Shown here in pieces: positions 51,765 to 64,000 of a DNA stretch of 64,000 bases. The DNA comes from Octopus bimaculoides (taxonomy: Eukaryota): contig NC_068990.1 of NCBI RefSeq assembly GCF_001194135.2, positions 90,494,511-90,558,510 of the forward strand. The letters are read 5' to 3'. Position numbers and translations under genes: made by a program. Under the pieces are notes generated by a model. It made no database searches. It worked only from the letters and a program-made list of their open reading frames with translations, and was not told where the DNA came from. How positions within the stretch are numbered: the stretch's first letter is position 1; every line of letters begins with the position of its first letter.

Positions 51765-51922
51765 TACAACGGGCTTCTTTCAGTTTCCATCTAGCGAATC
51801 CACTCACAAGGCTTTGGTCGGCCCGAGGCTATAGTATAAGACACTTGCCCAAGGTGCCACGCAGTGAACCTGAACCCGGTACCATGTGGTTTCGAAGCAA
51901 GCTACTTACCACAATTGCCACT
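51765..51922 (-). mobile_element. SINE family A, head part
   Basis: CGGGCTTCTTTCAGTTTCC...CACTTGCCCAAGGTGCCACGCAGTG...GCTACTTACCAC. Confidence 0.9.
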
Positions 51923-52861
51923 CTTTCGTTTAAGTGTTAAACCAAGCTAGTTGTTTGTGCGAGGAAGACTTAACTGCTTTGGTCAGGGATCGAACACAGC
52001 ACAGGTTATGAACTACAATCAGACGAAGTTGATCAATTCAGCCAGCTGATGCAATGTTCATATGCATCAGCTGGGATTACGACAACATAAATGATCAGTG
52101 ACTAGTTGAAGGGCTCAGTGAAACTTGGGTCATGGAATATGAACAATAAACTCCCTAGAGTCCGTACGGCATTGCTTTATCCTCACATTCTGTCCGTGTA
52201 TTTCATCCTGCGGGCTAACTAACGAATACAAATTAATGTAAATCAAACAGATGCGAAGAGTAAAGCGCTGTAGAGTTTAAACAACGGATATTTTATATTG
52301 AATTCTGATTGACAAATGAGATTTCACTTGTCGCCTAAGGGAGTAGATCTGTAAAACTATTATTGCGAATCAATCAATAACAGCTCATGCCTGAGATTGA
52401 CATTGAACAAGTAGCCTTGAGGGAGATTATAATTGCTTCGATCTCGAGTAATTTTATTATTATTTCGTTATTTTATTATCAAAATTATGGTTAACGATCA
52501 TAATTGTTTTTGTTTTTCCGTTTTCAACACTTACTGCTCCGTCGATTGTTGTAACAATTAAAACAGATGCAGTAGCCCTCACACATATCAGCTTTTTTTT
52601 GTTTGGTGTTCCCTCTTTCTTTCTGTTTATTTTTTATTTGCCGTTTTTCACCACGATGTAAATCATCTCAGTCCGTCTATCAAAAATACAGTCAAGCAGA
52701 ATGAGAATAACCTGCAGAGGTGTCGATTTTAAAACCGGGTTTCGATTCCTCCTCGTTGTATATATTTCATTGACATTCCTAAAATCCTTCTTCATGAAAT
52801 TAACAGACATTTCAATGCAAAATTTCCGTTATCACTATAAGTATCGATCAGTGATATTGTA

Positions 52862-52932
52862 TTCTATTCTAGGCACAAGGCCCGAAATTTTGGGGGAGGG
52901 GACCAGTCGATTAGATCGACCCCAGTACGCAA
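52862..52932 (-). mobile_element. SINE family B tail fragment
   Basis: TTCTATTCTAGGCACAAGGCCCGAAATTTTGGGGGAGGGGACCAGTCGATTAGATCGACCCCAGTACGCAAC is the reverse complement of the family B tail. A degenerate core lies nearby at about 53075-53150. Confidence 0.85.
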
Positions 52933-54055
52933 CGTGGTGGTGGTGACATTGATAAAGAAAAATTCGAAGATATCTACGGATATGGCACAGTTCTTGCTAT
53001 TAAGTGCTAGAAAATGTCAGGGAGATCAGAGAGAATGTCGAGAGAGCAATGCTTAGTCAATTAAAATGTTTAACAGTATTTTATCGACCTCAGAAGTATG
53101 AAAGGCTAAATAGACCTGAGTAGAATTTGAACTCAAAACAGAAAAAGCCAGAAGAGAACTTGCGATGGTTCTACCAAACCACAAGACAAACTGTTTGGGA
53201 GGAGAAGGCTTGGTCGAAACTTTTTTTGATTTTAGTATTTGNNNNNNNNNNNNNNNNNNNNNNNNNNNNNNNNNNNNNNNNNNNNNNNNNNNNNNNNNNN
53301 NNNNNNNNNNNNNNNNNNNNNNNNNNNNNNNNNNNNNNNNNNNNNNNNNNNNNNNNNNNNNNNNNNNNNNNNNNNNNNNNNNNNNNNNNNNNNNNNNNNN
53401 NNNNNNNNNNNNNNNNNNNNNNNNNNNNNNNNNNNNNNNNNNNNNNNNNNNNNNNNNNNNNNNNNNNNNNNNNNNNNNNNNNNNNNNNNNNNNNNNNNNN
53501 NNNNNNNNNNGGAGAAGAAGAAGAAGAGAAAGAAAAGAAGAAAAAGAAGAAGAAGAAGAAGAAGAAGAAGCTGTTGATGATGACGATGATGATGATGATG
53601 ATGACTATTCGACCGTGAGAAGTAAAGTTGACCACGGTGGTTCTTGAACTTAGAACGCAGAGAGTTGGAAGGAATCCCACAAAACTTTATCCTCTAACGA
53701 CTGTACACGATAACCGTCTTATGAATGCGCATGCGCGCACACGTTTGTATCTACGTACCTGTACGTATGTATTCTGTATGTATTACTCATTGATGCGTTG
53801 TAAATTCGAATATATCTCTATGTAAACACGCTGTTTGTCTACTCCTATATTCTTGCATGTATGCAACAATATGGTTACCTTGCGTATGCGCGCGTACATG
53901 TGGTATAATTTGAGAAGTCACATGACTATCACTTTCAATGCTTGAGTGTAAATCCGCATGTGCATTCGTGTGCATATGCATGAAACATTAAGGATATGTG
54001 CATCCATTTAATTGTATAGATTTCATAGGTTTTTTAGGCAGGGGGTGGGGTGGAT

Positions 54056-54208
54056 TACCATCATCATCATCATCATCATTATTATTATTATTATTGTTAT
54101 TATTATTATTATTATTATGTTACCATCAGCATTATTATTATTATTATCAACATGATGATCATCTTCATCATCATCGTCGTCGTCGTCGTCGTCATCATCA
54201 CCTCATCA

Positions 54209-54245
<37 letters not shown>

Positions 54246-54271
54246 CATTATTATTATTATTATTATTATCA
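54056..54271. repeat. (CAT)n/(TAT)n/(CGT)n compound microsatellite
   Basis: Directly visible. Confidence 0.95.
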
Positions 54272-55453
54272 TCTTTAAAGATGCTTTTCACATTCCTCCA
54301 TCTTCATATTCTGGAATTTTAAAAGAAACCCCTTTTTATTTTTTAATTAATTTTTTTTTTTTTTTTTTGTCACAATCCCACGAGAATAATCATCAAATTA
54401 CAGAAAGGGATCGAACTGGGAAGGCGTACAGACGTTATTGGCAGGAACTTGTTAGAAACGAAACAAAGAATTATTCAGCGACGCAATACAAGTACGCCAA
54501 ATACGGATCGCATGTCTTGCAACAGAGTCGCTGTTATGCTATAGAAAATATCAACCTTAATACATATTATGTTCAGAACACTTCAATCTTTCCAATATAG
54601 TCACATGTCGTATCGATTGTGTCACATGATGTATCGATTCAATCACAAGACATATATCGTTCAGTGATACGATATAGATCCATACGCAGCATCATGGAGA
54701 TATTTGCATTTCGAAGTCAGAAATTACTTGAATAGAATCACATGATATCACACAAAGGTTTTACAGATGCGTTAGAGGTAGACATGAAATGGAATAAATA
54801 TATTTGAATATGGAATCACTGGGAGGTGGGGGAGGGGGCACGGGGAGGAAAGCCTGCGGTGAATGTAGCGCAGATGTACATGTGTACACATACACTCGTA
54901 CGTACACATACGCACACACGGGCTCACGCACACACACACACATATATATAGAGAGAGAGGGGTGGATGNNNNNNNNNNNNNNNNNNNNNNNNNNNNNNNN
55001 NNNNNNNNNNNNNNNNNNNNNNNNNNNNNNNNNNNNGGGAGAGGGGGAGGAGGGAGAGGGGGAGAGGTTTAATACTTGCCTGCATATATTCATATGCGTA
55101 TTTTATATTTTCGCAGAGGAAAGGTTTAAAACATTTGTACGTATGTAACAATATATGTATGTATGTATATGTATATGTATATATCTATATGTGTGTGTGT
55201 GTGTAGACATATACATATAAATATGTATGTATATATATGTATGTGTGTGTGTGTATGTATGTATTTAACTGTATATGTGTGTGTATACTTATATATAGAT
55301 ATTGGAGTAAGCACATGAATGTGAAACAAAGTCGAAAAAATAGTACTCGAATACCGGAGGTAGAGTAATATGCTTTATTAATAAAGTATATTATATGTAT
55401 ATATACAGTTTAGCAAGGAAAAGACTTAATAGATAGACAGACAGTCAGACAGG

Positions 55454-55514
<61 letters not shown>

Positions 55515-55530
55515 GGATAAACAGACAGAC

Positions 55531-55582
<52 letters not shown>

Positions 55583-56706
55583 TAGTAGAATCGCCGGATA
55601 ATACATTTATCAAGCTGTAAGTAATCTTGAGTTTACGGCCCATATAATTCAAAGGTTCAGCTTGTATGCCACTGAGTCTTCTTGAAAACATTGTAAACGT
55701 TACAATTGTGTATCTATGAGATAATCGACCACTTATACTATAATCCATTCAGTAGTCAGCTCCTTTAATTAAACAACATAAGTACGCATAGTCGAAATTG
55801 ACGGTGGGTCCGTTTATTCGTATGTATTTAAAAACACAAAGTCTCACATACTCATATGCGATAAAAGGCCATCAATTCAACAGGAAGGGAAAAACCTGTC
55901 AATTAAATCTGCTCCAAGACATCAGTGGTAAACAGTTCATGGTCAGCACCCTGTTGCGATGAATGGCGAAAATCTAGCTTTGCGAAAACTGGTCTCAAAT
56001 CACAGAGAGAAATTACTATGAATTTTTGCGTAGTTAATCCGCCGCTCAGTCAATTCTGTCAGACGAACGACCATTTTAACACTGACATTTCGATGATAAA
56101 TTACCCAAGGTGTTCGTACACAGGCAGAAACCAGTGCAACAACAGTGACAATAACAACCACACCACATCATCTTACAATAAGCGCTTTAGACGCTACAAC
56201 AACTACAGCAGTAATAACAACCACAACTTCTTACAATAAGCGCTTTAGCAACATATGCAGCAGCACCAGCAACAGTAAGTGCATCAGTTGTAACTGCTGA
56301 TGCAGCTGCAGTTAAATCTGGTGAAGAAGTGCAGAAGAGATTAACGATCCTTGGAAAATAAGCTTTGATACTTTCGCATCTCGTTAAGATCAAACAGTAT
56401 TGCTAGCTTCGTCATGTATAACAGTTATGTTTCAGCACCATACATCAATGCATATGGCTTTAACACACCCCGTTTATGCATAGCTCCGCAACTTTCTTAC
56501 TAATCACGCTGAGCAAATAGGCTGGGGTGCAAGAGTAGAGTAATTACGGAGATTTACCTTTCACGTTCGAATCCCATTTGCGTCGAATTTTGAAATTTAG
56601 CCTCAATCAAGTGATATAATGTTCTTAATTATCAATTGACACCTTCTCTCAAGATAGCAGCTCATATATATATATATATATATATATATACGTGTGTGTG
56701 TGTATG

Positions 56707-56742
<36 letters not shown>

Positions 56743-57470
56743 TATATATACATACATACATATATANNNNNNNNNNNNNNNNNNNNNNNNNNNNNNNNNN
56801 NNNNNNNNNNNNNNNNNNNNNNNNNNNNNNNNNNNNNNNNNNNNNNNNNNNNNNNNNNNNNNNNNNNNNNNNNNNNNTATATATATATATATATATATAT
56901 ATACATGCGTGTGTTGTGTGTGTGTGTGTTTGATGTACTAGGGTCAATTTACTTGACTGTACCTTACTACAAAATCATAGCCGTGGGGACACGTTAGAAG
57001 ATATTTTATCGGAATCAAGATAGAAAAAAATTTATGTAGAGCGAAACATTTAATAGCTTCAGGTTTCAAATTGAAGTATTTCAGCCCCTTTACGTTGTCT
57101 TACAGTTCAGTAAATTATTTCTATGAAGAAGGATTTGTATTGTCAAGCAAAGAATAGCAGATACAACACACGCTACCTTTTCACGACAGGGTCGTAATAT
57201 GCCCGAAAATGAAGGACCCAATAACATTGTAGTCTCCTATGCATAAAACAGTTCGATATTTACGATTAGAAGGAATATAACCCCAGGTAAGTTCATTTAA
57301 TCCCGACCTGAGTTGAACAACTGCAACACCTACATACAAATCGAATATTTTTCACCATCCCCCAAATTTCCTGCGTTTCCTTGTGTCTGCAGACAAATTG
57401 AATGAGCAGCTCGGTCCTAAATCTCGATTGTAATAAATTCATATACCATGTCCAAATAAATTAGTTGTAT

Positions 57471-57638
57471 TCTTTTACTTGTTTCAGTTATTTTGACTGC
57501 GGTCATGCTGGAGCACCACCTTCAGTCGAACAAATTGATCCCAGGATTTATTCTATCGGTTTCTTTTGCCGAACCGCTTAGTTTCGGAAACGTAAACACA
57601 CCAACATTGGTTTTCAAGCGATAGTGCGGGGACAAAAA

Positions 57639-57682
<44 letters not shown>

Positions 57683-57838
57683 CGAGGGGATTATTTTAGT
57701 TACCGTCTACTAAATCCACTCACAAGACTTTAGTCGGCCGGAAGCTATAGTAGAAAGTCACCTGCCCAAGGTGCCACGCAGTGGGACTGAACTCGGAACT
57801 ATGTGGTTGAGAAGCAAGCTTCTTAGAACACAGCCACG
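57471..57838 (-). mobile_element. SINE family A, full-length, more diverged copy
   Basis: Same tail-body-head order as 48061-48452. Confidence 0.9.
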
Positions 57839-57914
57839 CATGCGTAAGAGATTATTATGAAATTCAGTGAAAATATGCTTTACGTGTAATGGCTAACGAG
57901 TTGTGTTTCCTTTC

Positions 57915-58078
57915 AGAGGAAGGCGGTGCACTGACAGAGTCGTTACCTCACTGGACAAAAAGCTGAGTGGCATATCTTCCGATTTTACATTCTGAGTTCA
58001 AATGCTACCAGGATCGATTTTTACCTTTCGTCCTTTAAGCATCGATAAAAGAAGTACCAGCTGAGCACTGAGATCGAA
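57915..58078 (+). mobile_element. SINE family B, diverged copy
   Basis: AAGGCGGTGCACTGACAG...TTCTGAGTTCAAATG...TTTCGTCCTTTAAGCATCGATAAAAGAAGTACCAG. Confidence 0.75.
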
Positions 58079-59410
58079 AGTATTTTGTTTTACGCCCTAA
58101 CGATCTTGCCAGTTCACTGTTTATATATGCCTAATTAGCAAAACCAATAAACCACCATACGGGGTCATTTAAATATTAAAGTTTACTACGGGGGAGATCC
58201 AAACATATTTGTCATCACAGTATCGATAAACTAATTAATTAAATTAATAGATAAGACAGTGGAAGACATCTATCATGTTTGCAACCTCATCATGGACAGT
58301 AAACTTCTAGCTTATTAACCTTCATAAAGCGTAGCTTTAAACAGAATTTCACAACGGTTTTAAAACTCTGAGTATTCGCTTTTTGATGAATGGTAAGGAA
58401 ACTAGAAACGGTAGCGTCCAGCCGATCCCTCATTTACTCTTCCGGTATGGTTTCCATATGGAACATAACAGGTGACTATTAGTTTCTAGTGAGTTAATTT
58501 TATTTAGATTACGAACATAAAGATACCTAAAATCATCGGGTATACTCCGTAGTAACCATTATTATGAAAAATAAACACTGCTATTGCGGCATGACTTCAT
58601 TTAAACGTATCCATGAATATTTTATGGCCTTGTGGCCATGCATGAAGTTAAATGGAATTCGGCAAAAAATTTCAGTTATTAGAAATATGGGAATTCATTT
58701 CCTGAGACGCTTACATTTTTCCAAATTATGGCAATATGCAAATTTTATCAGGATCGCAGTCATGAAAACTGTTGCATCTCACATATCAAGGAGTTTGAAA
58801 ATTATCGATTCTAAAAGGTGCTATTTGACCGAAATCAGCCATTAATCTTGTGTTCTGTTAGAAACATTAGAAACGTAGAATGAATATCGAGTGTCATGGC
58901 TGAATAATCGTCTCTCTTGGTTCACATAAAACAAAGTAATTTTAAACATAATCACTTTGGGCTTTGAAGGGATTATCTTGCATAAGAATTTATTCTGAGA
59001 TCGAATTCTGGACGTATGGGTTCCAGTTTCGTAGACATTTATTAAAGTGCATGGTATTTATTTTTGTATGTAATGCTCTGAACATTTCGGATTACGTTAT
59101 TGTGTAAGAGGAAGCTTTTTATGTATTTTTCACAAGAATCTGGTGGTTCTCATGTATAAGGTTGTGTATTAACGTATGAAATGTAAAACTCTTCTTGTCT
59201 TTGTTCTTGTTTTCGTTCTTAATGCTTTTAGTTATTGAAAAATAATAATCTGGAGTTTAATGGAAGTGGTAGCCAATAAAACTCGAAATTAACCAATCTA
59301 GAAATAACTTTCATTTCAAGAATTCCATGACGGAGTCTCTGCCTCGTTTCCTCCATCTGCTAGAAATAGTCATCATATCTTACTCAAATCACACCAAGAC
59401 ATAATAATCA

Positions 59411-59619
59411 TTTCTACTCTAGGCCACAAGGCCTGAAATTTGGGGGGAGGCAGCCAGTCGGTTATATCGACCCCAGTACGCAACTGGTACTTAATTTATC
59501 GACCCCGAAAGGATGAATGGCAAAGTCGACCTCGGCGGAATTTGAACTCAGAACGTAGAGGCAGACGAAATACTGCTAAGCATTTCACCCCACGTGCTAA
59601 CGATTCTGCCAGCTCGCTA
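59411..59619 (-). mobile_element. SINE family B, full-length
   Basis: Reverse complement of the 19900-20121 copy. Confidence 0.92.
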
Positions 59620-60819
59620 CATTCAAGACATATTAATAATGGAAGCGGACAGACTATAATGGGATTCTAGATACATAATTTAACCAAAGATTGGATAGAT
59701 GGTCACGGCCGGAACACTTCTGATCATAAAGACCTGTGGCTAACCTAAACCGCAACCACAAAATTTGTCACAATGTGATCAGACAATAGTCGTAAGATTA
59801 TTACACCCTTTTCTTCTTCTATCAGTTTCCTATTGCGCATGCGCACATAGCCGAAGGAATAGGGTGCTAGGAAACGCTTTTAAGATTTTAAATGAATTCT
59901 CACTAACACTCTGTTGTGTGAAGGACCAAGAGCCTTTTGTGAAGTTATCCTATTTAGCTCTAGCCAGCTCTAAATGAGCAACCTAGAATCAAAGGTCTGT
60001 TTTAGCCATAATCACACGTATTTAAATTCAGTATTTTATATCTGTCACTACTCTGGCCAATGTATTCCTCTGTAGTTAAGATGTTAACTTGTAATTTAAA
60101 GATTTCTGGCAAGTTGACGGACCCTACAATGCACTGTTGTACGTCGACAGGTATAATTACCAACACAGGAACATGCTCCAAGGGGCATCGGGCGTAAGGA
60201 TACTGTAGTAGCGTTGAGAAAGATAAAGAGAGAAGACAGTACGCCTGTGGGCCAGAGTGTCTGTAAGAGATTTTATGCCAATCCGTTAATGATCTTTTCC
60301 CGGATCTGCTGCAGAATAATTGTATGTGCAACGATAATATTGTCCCAGATGTGAGAGCAATAATTCGTTGAGCATCTCGCCTGAGATTTATAGAGTAACT
60401 ATAATTCTAGGGGGTTGAAATAGCTTCTTAATCTGTAGATAAGGGTTAATCTTTGGGATGTCCAGGCTTGCGTACTGGAGTGAAACTCCTTCCAGCTGCA
60501 CAGTTGCAGAAACACTGCGTTGAAAACCCCTCGATCAATGGAATCCTTCGAAAGCTTCCATCTATATTTTAGTGAGGTTTTAAAAGATGACATCACACGC
60601 AGTGAGGGTATTTAAGTCCGAAACATAAAGGGACATATCTAAAAAGAACCGGGTAGGCTTTTTATTTCGTGGGTACATGTACCCGTTGTGCGTATCTTTC
60701 AGCTGAAATATAAACGATACGTGTGGAATGCGACTACCGAAGAGAGCACGTGACTCCGCTAAGAGACACGTAGAGACACAGGCCTCGTAAAGTTATCCTC
60801 CTCTCCTTCCTCTTCCTCC

Positions 60820-61025
60820 TACTACTACAACTATTACTACTACTTCTGCTACTTAAAAGCTCTTGAAGCCAAAGTAACACCACTAGTAGTGCTACTGCTA
60901 ACATTACGCACGTTCACTCGTATAGGAACGAATGCAACACTAAGTTCAAATGCTGCTGCTACTACTACTACCACTAGCACCATCACCAGCACCACCACTG
61001 TTGTTGCTTCTGTTACAGCATCAAC

Positions 61026-61068
<43 letters not shown>

Positions 61069-61078
61069 NNNNNNNNNN

Positions 61079-61112
<34 letters not shown>

Positions 61113-62767
61113 TGTGGTGGTGGTGGTGTAGTAGTGGTGGTGTAGTTGTGGTGTTGGTAGTAGTAGTAGTAGTAGTAGTAGTACGAGTGGTGGCGGTGGT
61201 GGTGATGGTAGTAGTAGTGGCGGTGGTGGTAGTAGTAATGGTGGTGGTGGTGGTAGGAGTAATGGTGGTGGTGGTGGTGGTGGTAGTAGTAGTGGTGGTG
61301 GTGGTGGTAGTGGTTGTTACTTTGTTGTGGTTGTCGTATAACCGTAGGTGAAGAGTGGTCGAGCAGGCATGAGATCAAAAGGCATTCCAGCCCTGACCAT
61401 CTCGTCTTTTTATGATTATGCAGCAGGGGCTGCATTATCCAAAGTGTCCTGTTTTTTAAATTCATTTACGACGGCGGCGGGATGTGATTCGAGGGAGATT
61501 AAGCTGCTATTTCCAACGGGTGCGTCGATCACTTTCAGAATTACTCGACATAGCAGTTCATGTTGACAATGGAAAGTGCAGGGTGTTTGTTGCTATGACG
61601 ACGACGACGACAATGATGATGATGATGATGATGGTGATGCTGATGATGCTGATGATGAGGACGACGGTAGTGGTGGTGGTGGTGATGGTGATGATGATGA
61701 TGACAACGATGATGATGATGATGATAATGATGGAGATGATGATGATGGCGGGTTGGTGATGGTATTGATAGTAGTTGTGGTGGTGGTGGTGGTGGTGGTG
61801 GTAATGTTGGTAGCTGTGGTAGTGGTGGTGGCAGTGGTGTCGGTAGAGGTGATGGTGGTAGTGGTGGAGGTGGAGGTGGTGCTGCTGCTGCTGATGATGA
61901 TGCTGTTTGTTGCAGTAGCGTCTGAGAATATGTTTATAGATTTTCTCCTGATGAGGGGTGGAGGTTAGCCGTGCAACTGATGATCATCGTGGCGGGGGTG
62001 GCGGGGGTGGTGATAAGGTTTGTGAGGATCATGATGCTATTAAAGAGTACGACGAAGGTATTGCTGCTGCTGCTGCTGCTGCTGCTTATGATGATGATGA
62101 TGATGATGANNNNNNNNNNNNNNNNNNNNTGTGATGATCATGATGCTATTAAAGAGTACGACGAAGGTATTGCTGCTGCTGCTGCTGCTGCTGCTTATGA
62201 TGATGATGATGATGATGACGATGATGGTAGATGCGAAGATATCGGTGATAACAACTTCTGTTGGCTTTGATGACAGTGACACAAATGATGACAGTAAACT
62301 GCAGCAGTAGCAGCAGCAGAGCAGTGCTCTGACATCACACTGGCACCCAACCACCATCACCACCACCACCGTTATCACTTCAGTTACTCGTTCTGATACT
62401 ACTACTACTACCACTACTACTACTACTACTACCACTACTACTACCACTACTACCACTACTACTACTACTACTACCACTACTACTACTACTACTACCACTA
62501 CTACTACCACTACTACTACTACTACTACTACCACTACTACTACTACTACTACCACAAATATCAATACTACTAAGGTTACTAGAACCACCACAACCCCTAC
62601 TAATACTATCTCATCAACTACTACCACCTCCACCGTTACTATTATTACTACAAGTAATACCAATTCCCCACACTAAATACTACTGCCGCTACATCTCCCC
62701 CTACCACGATCACTAAACCTAATAACATTTCTACTACTACTAATAATAATGATAATTGATGATGATG

Positions 62768-62843
<76 letters not shown>

Positions 62844-62877
62844 ATTAATAATAGTAATAACAACAACAACAACAACG

Positions 62878-62930
<53 letters not shown>
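60820..62930. repeat. Long mosaic of trinucleotide microsatellites (ACT, TAG, TGG, TGA, TGC, TAA)
   Basis: Directly visible. It is the source of the poly-V/T/D/M ORFs in the track. Confidence 0.95.
61355..61460 (-). mobile_element. Possible RTE-type LINE/SINE 3' tail fragment (a related plus-strand piece lies at about 59695-59730)
   Basis: Minus GATGGTCAGGGCTGGAATGCCTTTTGATC resembles plus GATGGTCACGGCCGGAACACTTCTGATC at 59698. The family assignment is from memory only. Confidence 0.35.
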
Positions 62931-63371
62931 GTTACAGTGTTCCTGCTTCAACTCGTTTTTATCGAAATAAATGACATCAGGGTATTAACCTAAAAAAATG
63001 TATAAAATGCAAATTCGGTTCCCGTTGGTTTTGAACTCGGAACTCAAAGCAAGTTAATTAAATCCGCAGCTGAGCATTTCGCCTGGCACCCCACCGATTC
63101 TGTCATTCATCAGCATTCGGTAATGTTAAGTTTTTACAAAAGCAGAAGACTACACAGCTTTGAGTGTAGAATCGATTTAACAGACAGCCACATGCAATTG
63201 GCATTTAGAAGACAGAACAGCAAAATCCACCCCGAATAGAATTTATAAAACGTAAAAAAATACCCGAAAGAATTTTGTTCCGCTCTCAACCAATTTTGCC
63301 CTTAAATATTGTAGGAGTTCATAGGTGGACGCAGAGCTATGTGGTTAAGACACTCGCATGTGTGTGAGTTT

Positions 63372-63419
<48 letters not shown>

Positions 63420-63450
63420 TTATATATATTTATATATATATACATATATG

Positions 63451-63639
63451 TTTCTTTATTGCCCACTGGGGGCTAAACACAGGAGACAAACAAGGACAGA
63501 GAAAGGGATTAAGTCGATTACATCGTCCCCAGTGCATAACTGGTACTTATTTAATCGACCCCGAAAGGATGAAAGGCTAAGTCGACCTCGGCGGAATTTG
63601 AACTCAGAACGTAACGGCAGACGAAATACTGTTAAGCAT
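63451..63639 (-). mobile_element. SINE family B, alternative-tail subfamily
   Basis: Same tail as 36585-36650 plus core and B-box. Confidence 0.92.
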
Positions 63640-64000
63640 GTGTATGTATGTATGTATGTATGTATGTATGTATCATTGTCTCCTGTGCCAGCAAGAAAGA
63701 TGAAGAGAAGCGTTAACACATTCAGGACTTAAATTCACCGAAGTTAAAAAGGTAATGAATTATGTCTGGATTCCTGGGTATTTTATGTGAAACTCACTCA
63801 AAACTTGTTTTTTGTCATTTTTAATAACTAGAAGAATTCATTTTGAATAAGAAAACTAAACGCTGGGAATATTATTGCAGAAAAGCGTTTATAGTTAAAG
63901 TTCTTTCTTTTGTGGATATTTCCCTACGTAAATTCAAATGCAGGACAGCTTCAGTCTGATGTCGGCACTAGATCACAGATCAGACTCAACTGTCTTCTAC

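Noticed and set aside
50612-51790. 392-aa ORF with DEDD repeats and poly-E
   Set aside because: Over 300 residues are N-gap. The rest is (TCT)n/(TCTTCGTCGTCG)n microsatellite joined to a SINE.
58560-58850. 93-aa plus ORF with LRRLHFS, hinting at piggyBac transposase
   Set aside because: The single short motif is not supported by neighbouring piggyBac motifs in any frame.
60671-60684. 14-bp perfect palindrome GGGTACATGTACCC
   Set aside because: It is short, built on the common TACATGTA core, and has no associated element ends.
62027-62215. Roughly 80-bp direct repeat on both sides of the 62110-62129 gap
   Set aside because: Duplicated contig ends across a gap are a typical scaffolding artefact. 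A similar case occurs at 45640-45790.
721-63732. Most ORFs in the supplied track (poly-YI, VC, HT, LS, I, L, V, D/E or X-filled)
   Set aside because: They are translations of di-, tri- and tetranucleotide microsatellites or read through N-gaps. They show no domain motifs or splice context.
1-64000. tRNA genes, CRISPR arrays, prokaryotic operons or viral genes
   Set aside because: The A/B-box sequences are SINE heads without cloverleafs. There are no repeat-spacer arrays. The sequence is eukaryotic with no long genuine ORFs.

Overview
AT-rich, microsatellite-dense eukaryotic genomic DNA with about 3 kb of N-gaps. It is very probably octopus (coleoid cephalopod), inferred from the SINE content and a calexcitin exon. 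Only one host coding exon could be supported: the first coding exon of a calexcitin-like EF-hand gene on the minus strand (CDS 22144-22210, MSNQQLSDFQKNKILRVFNTFY-G). It has a clean upstream acceptor and a phase-1 GT donor, so everything to its left is probably one intron of more than 22 kb and everything to its right is 5' intron or upstream DNA. The rest is transposon debris: three tRNA-derived SINE families (about 30 copies), five R4/Dong-like RLE LINE fragments, one CR1/L2-group LINE, three mariner relics and Penelope-type repeats. Almost all ORFs in the supplied track are microsatellite or gap artefacts. The most interesting signals are RNA-structural and lie in the putative calexcitin intron: a hammerhead-ribozyme motif in the gene's sense orientation (4011-4071), a second minimal hammerhead-like motif (6702-6737), a 204-bp near-perfect palindrome about 1.1 kb from the donor (20816-21019), and several inverted SINE pairs that could form ADAR substrates. 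I found no convincing wholly new multi-gene system. Family assignments come from reading motifs by eye and from memory, not from database searches.
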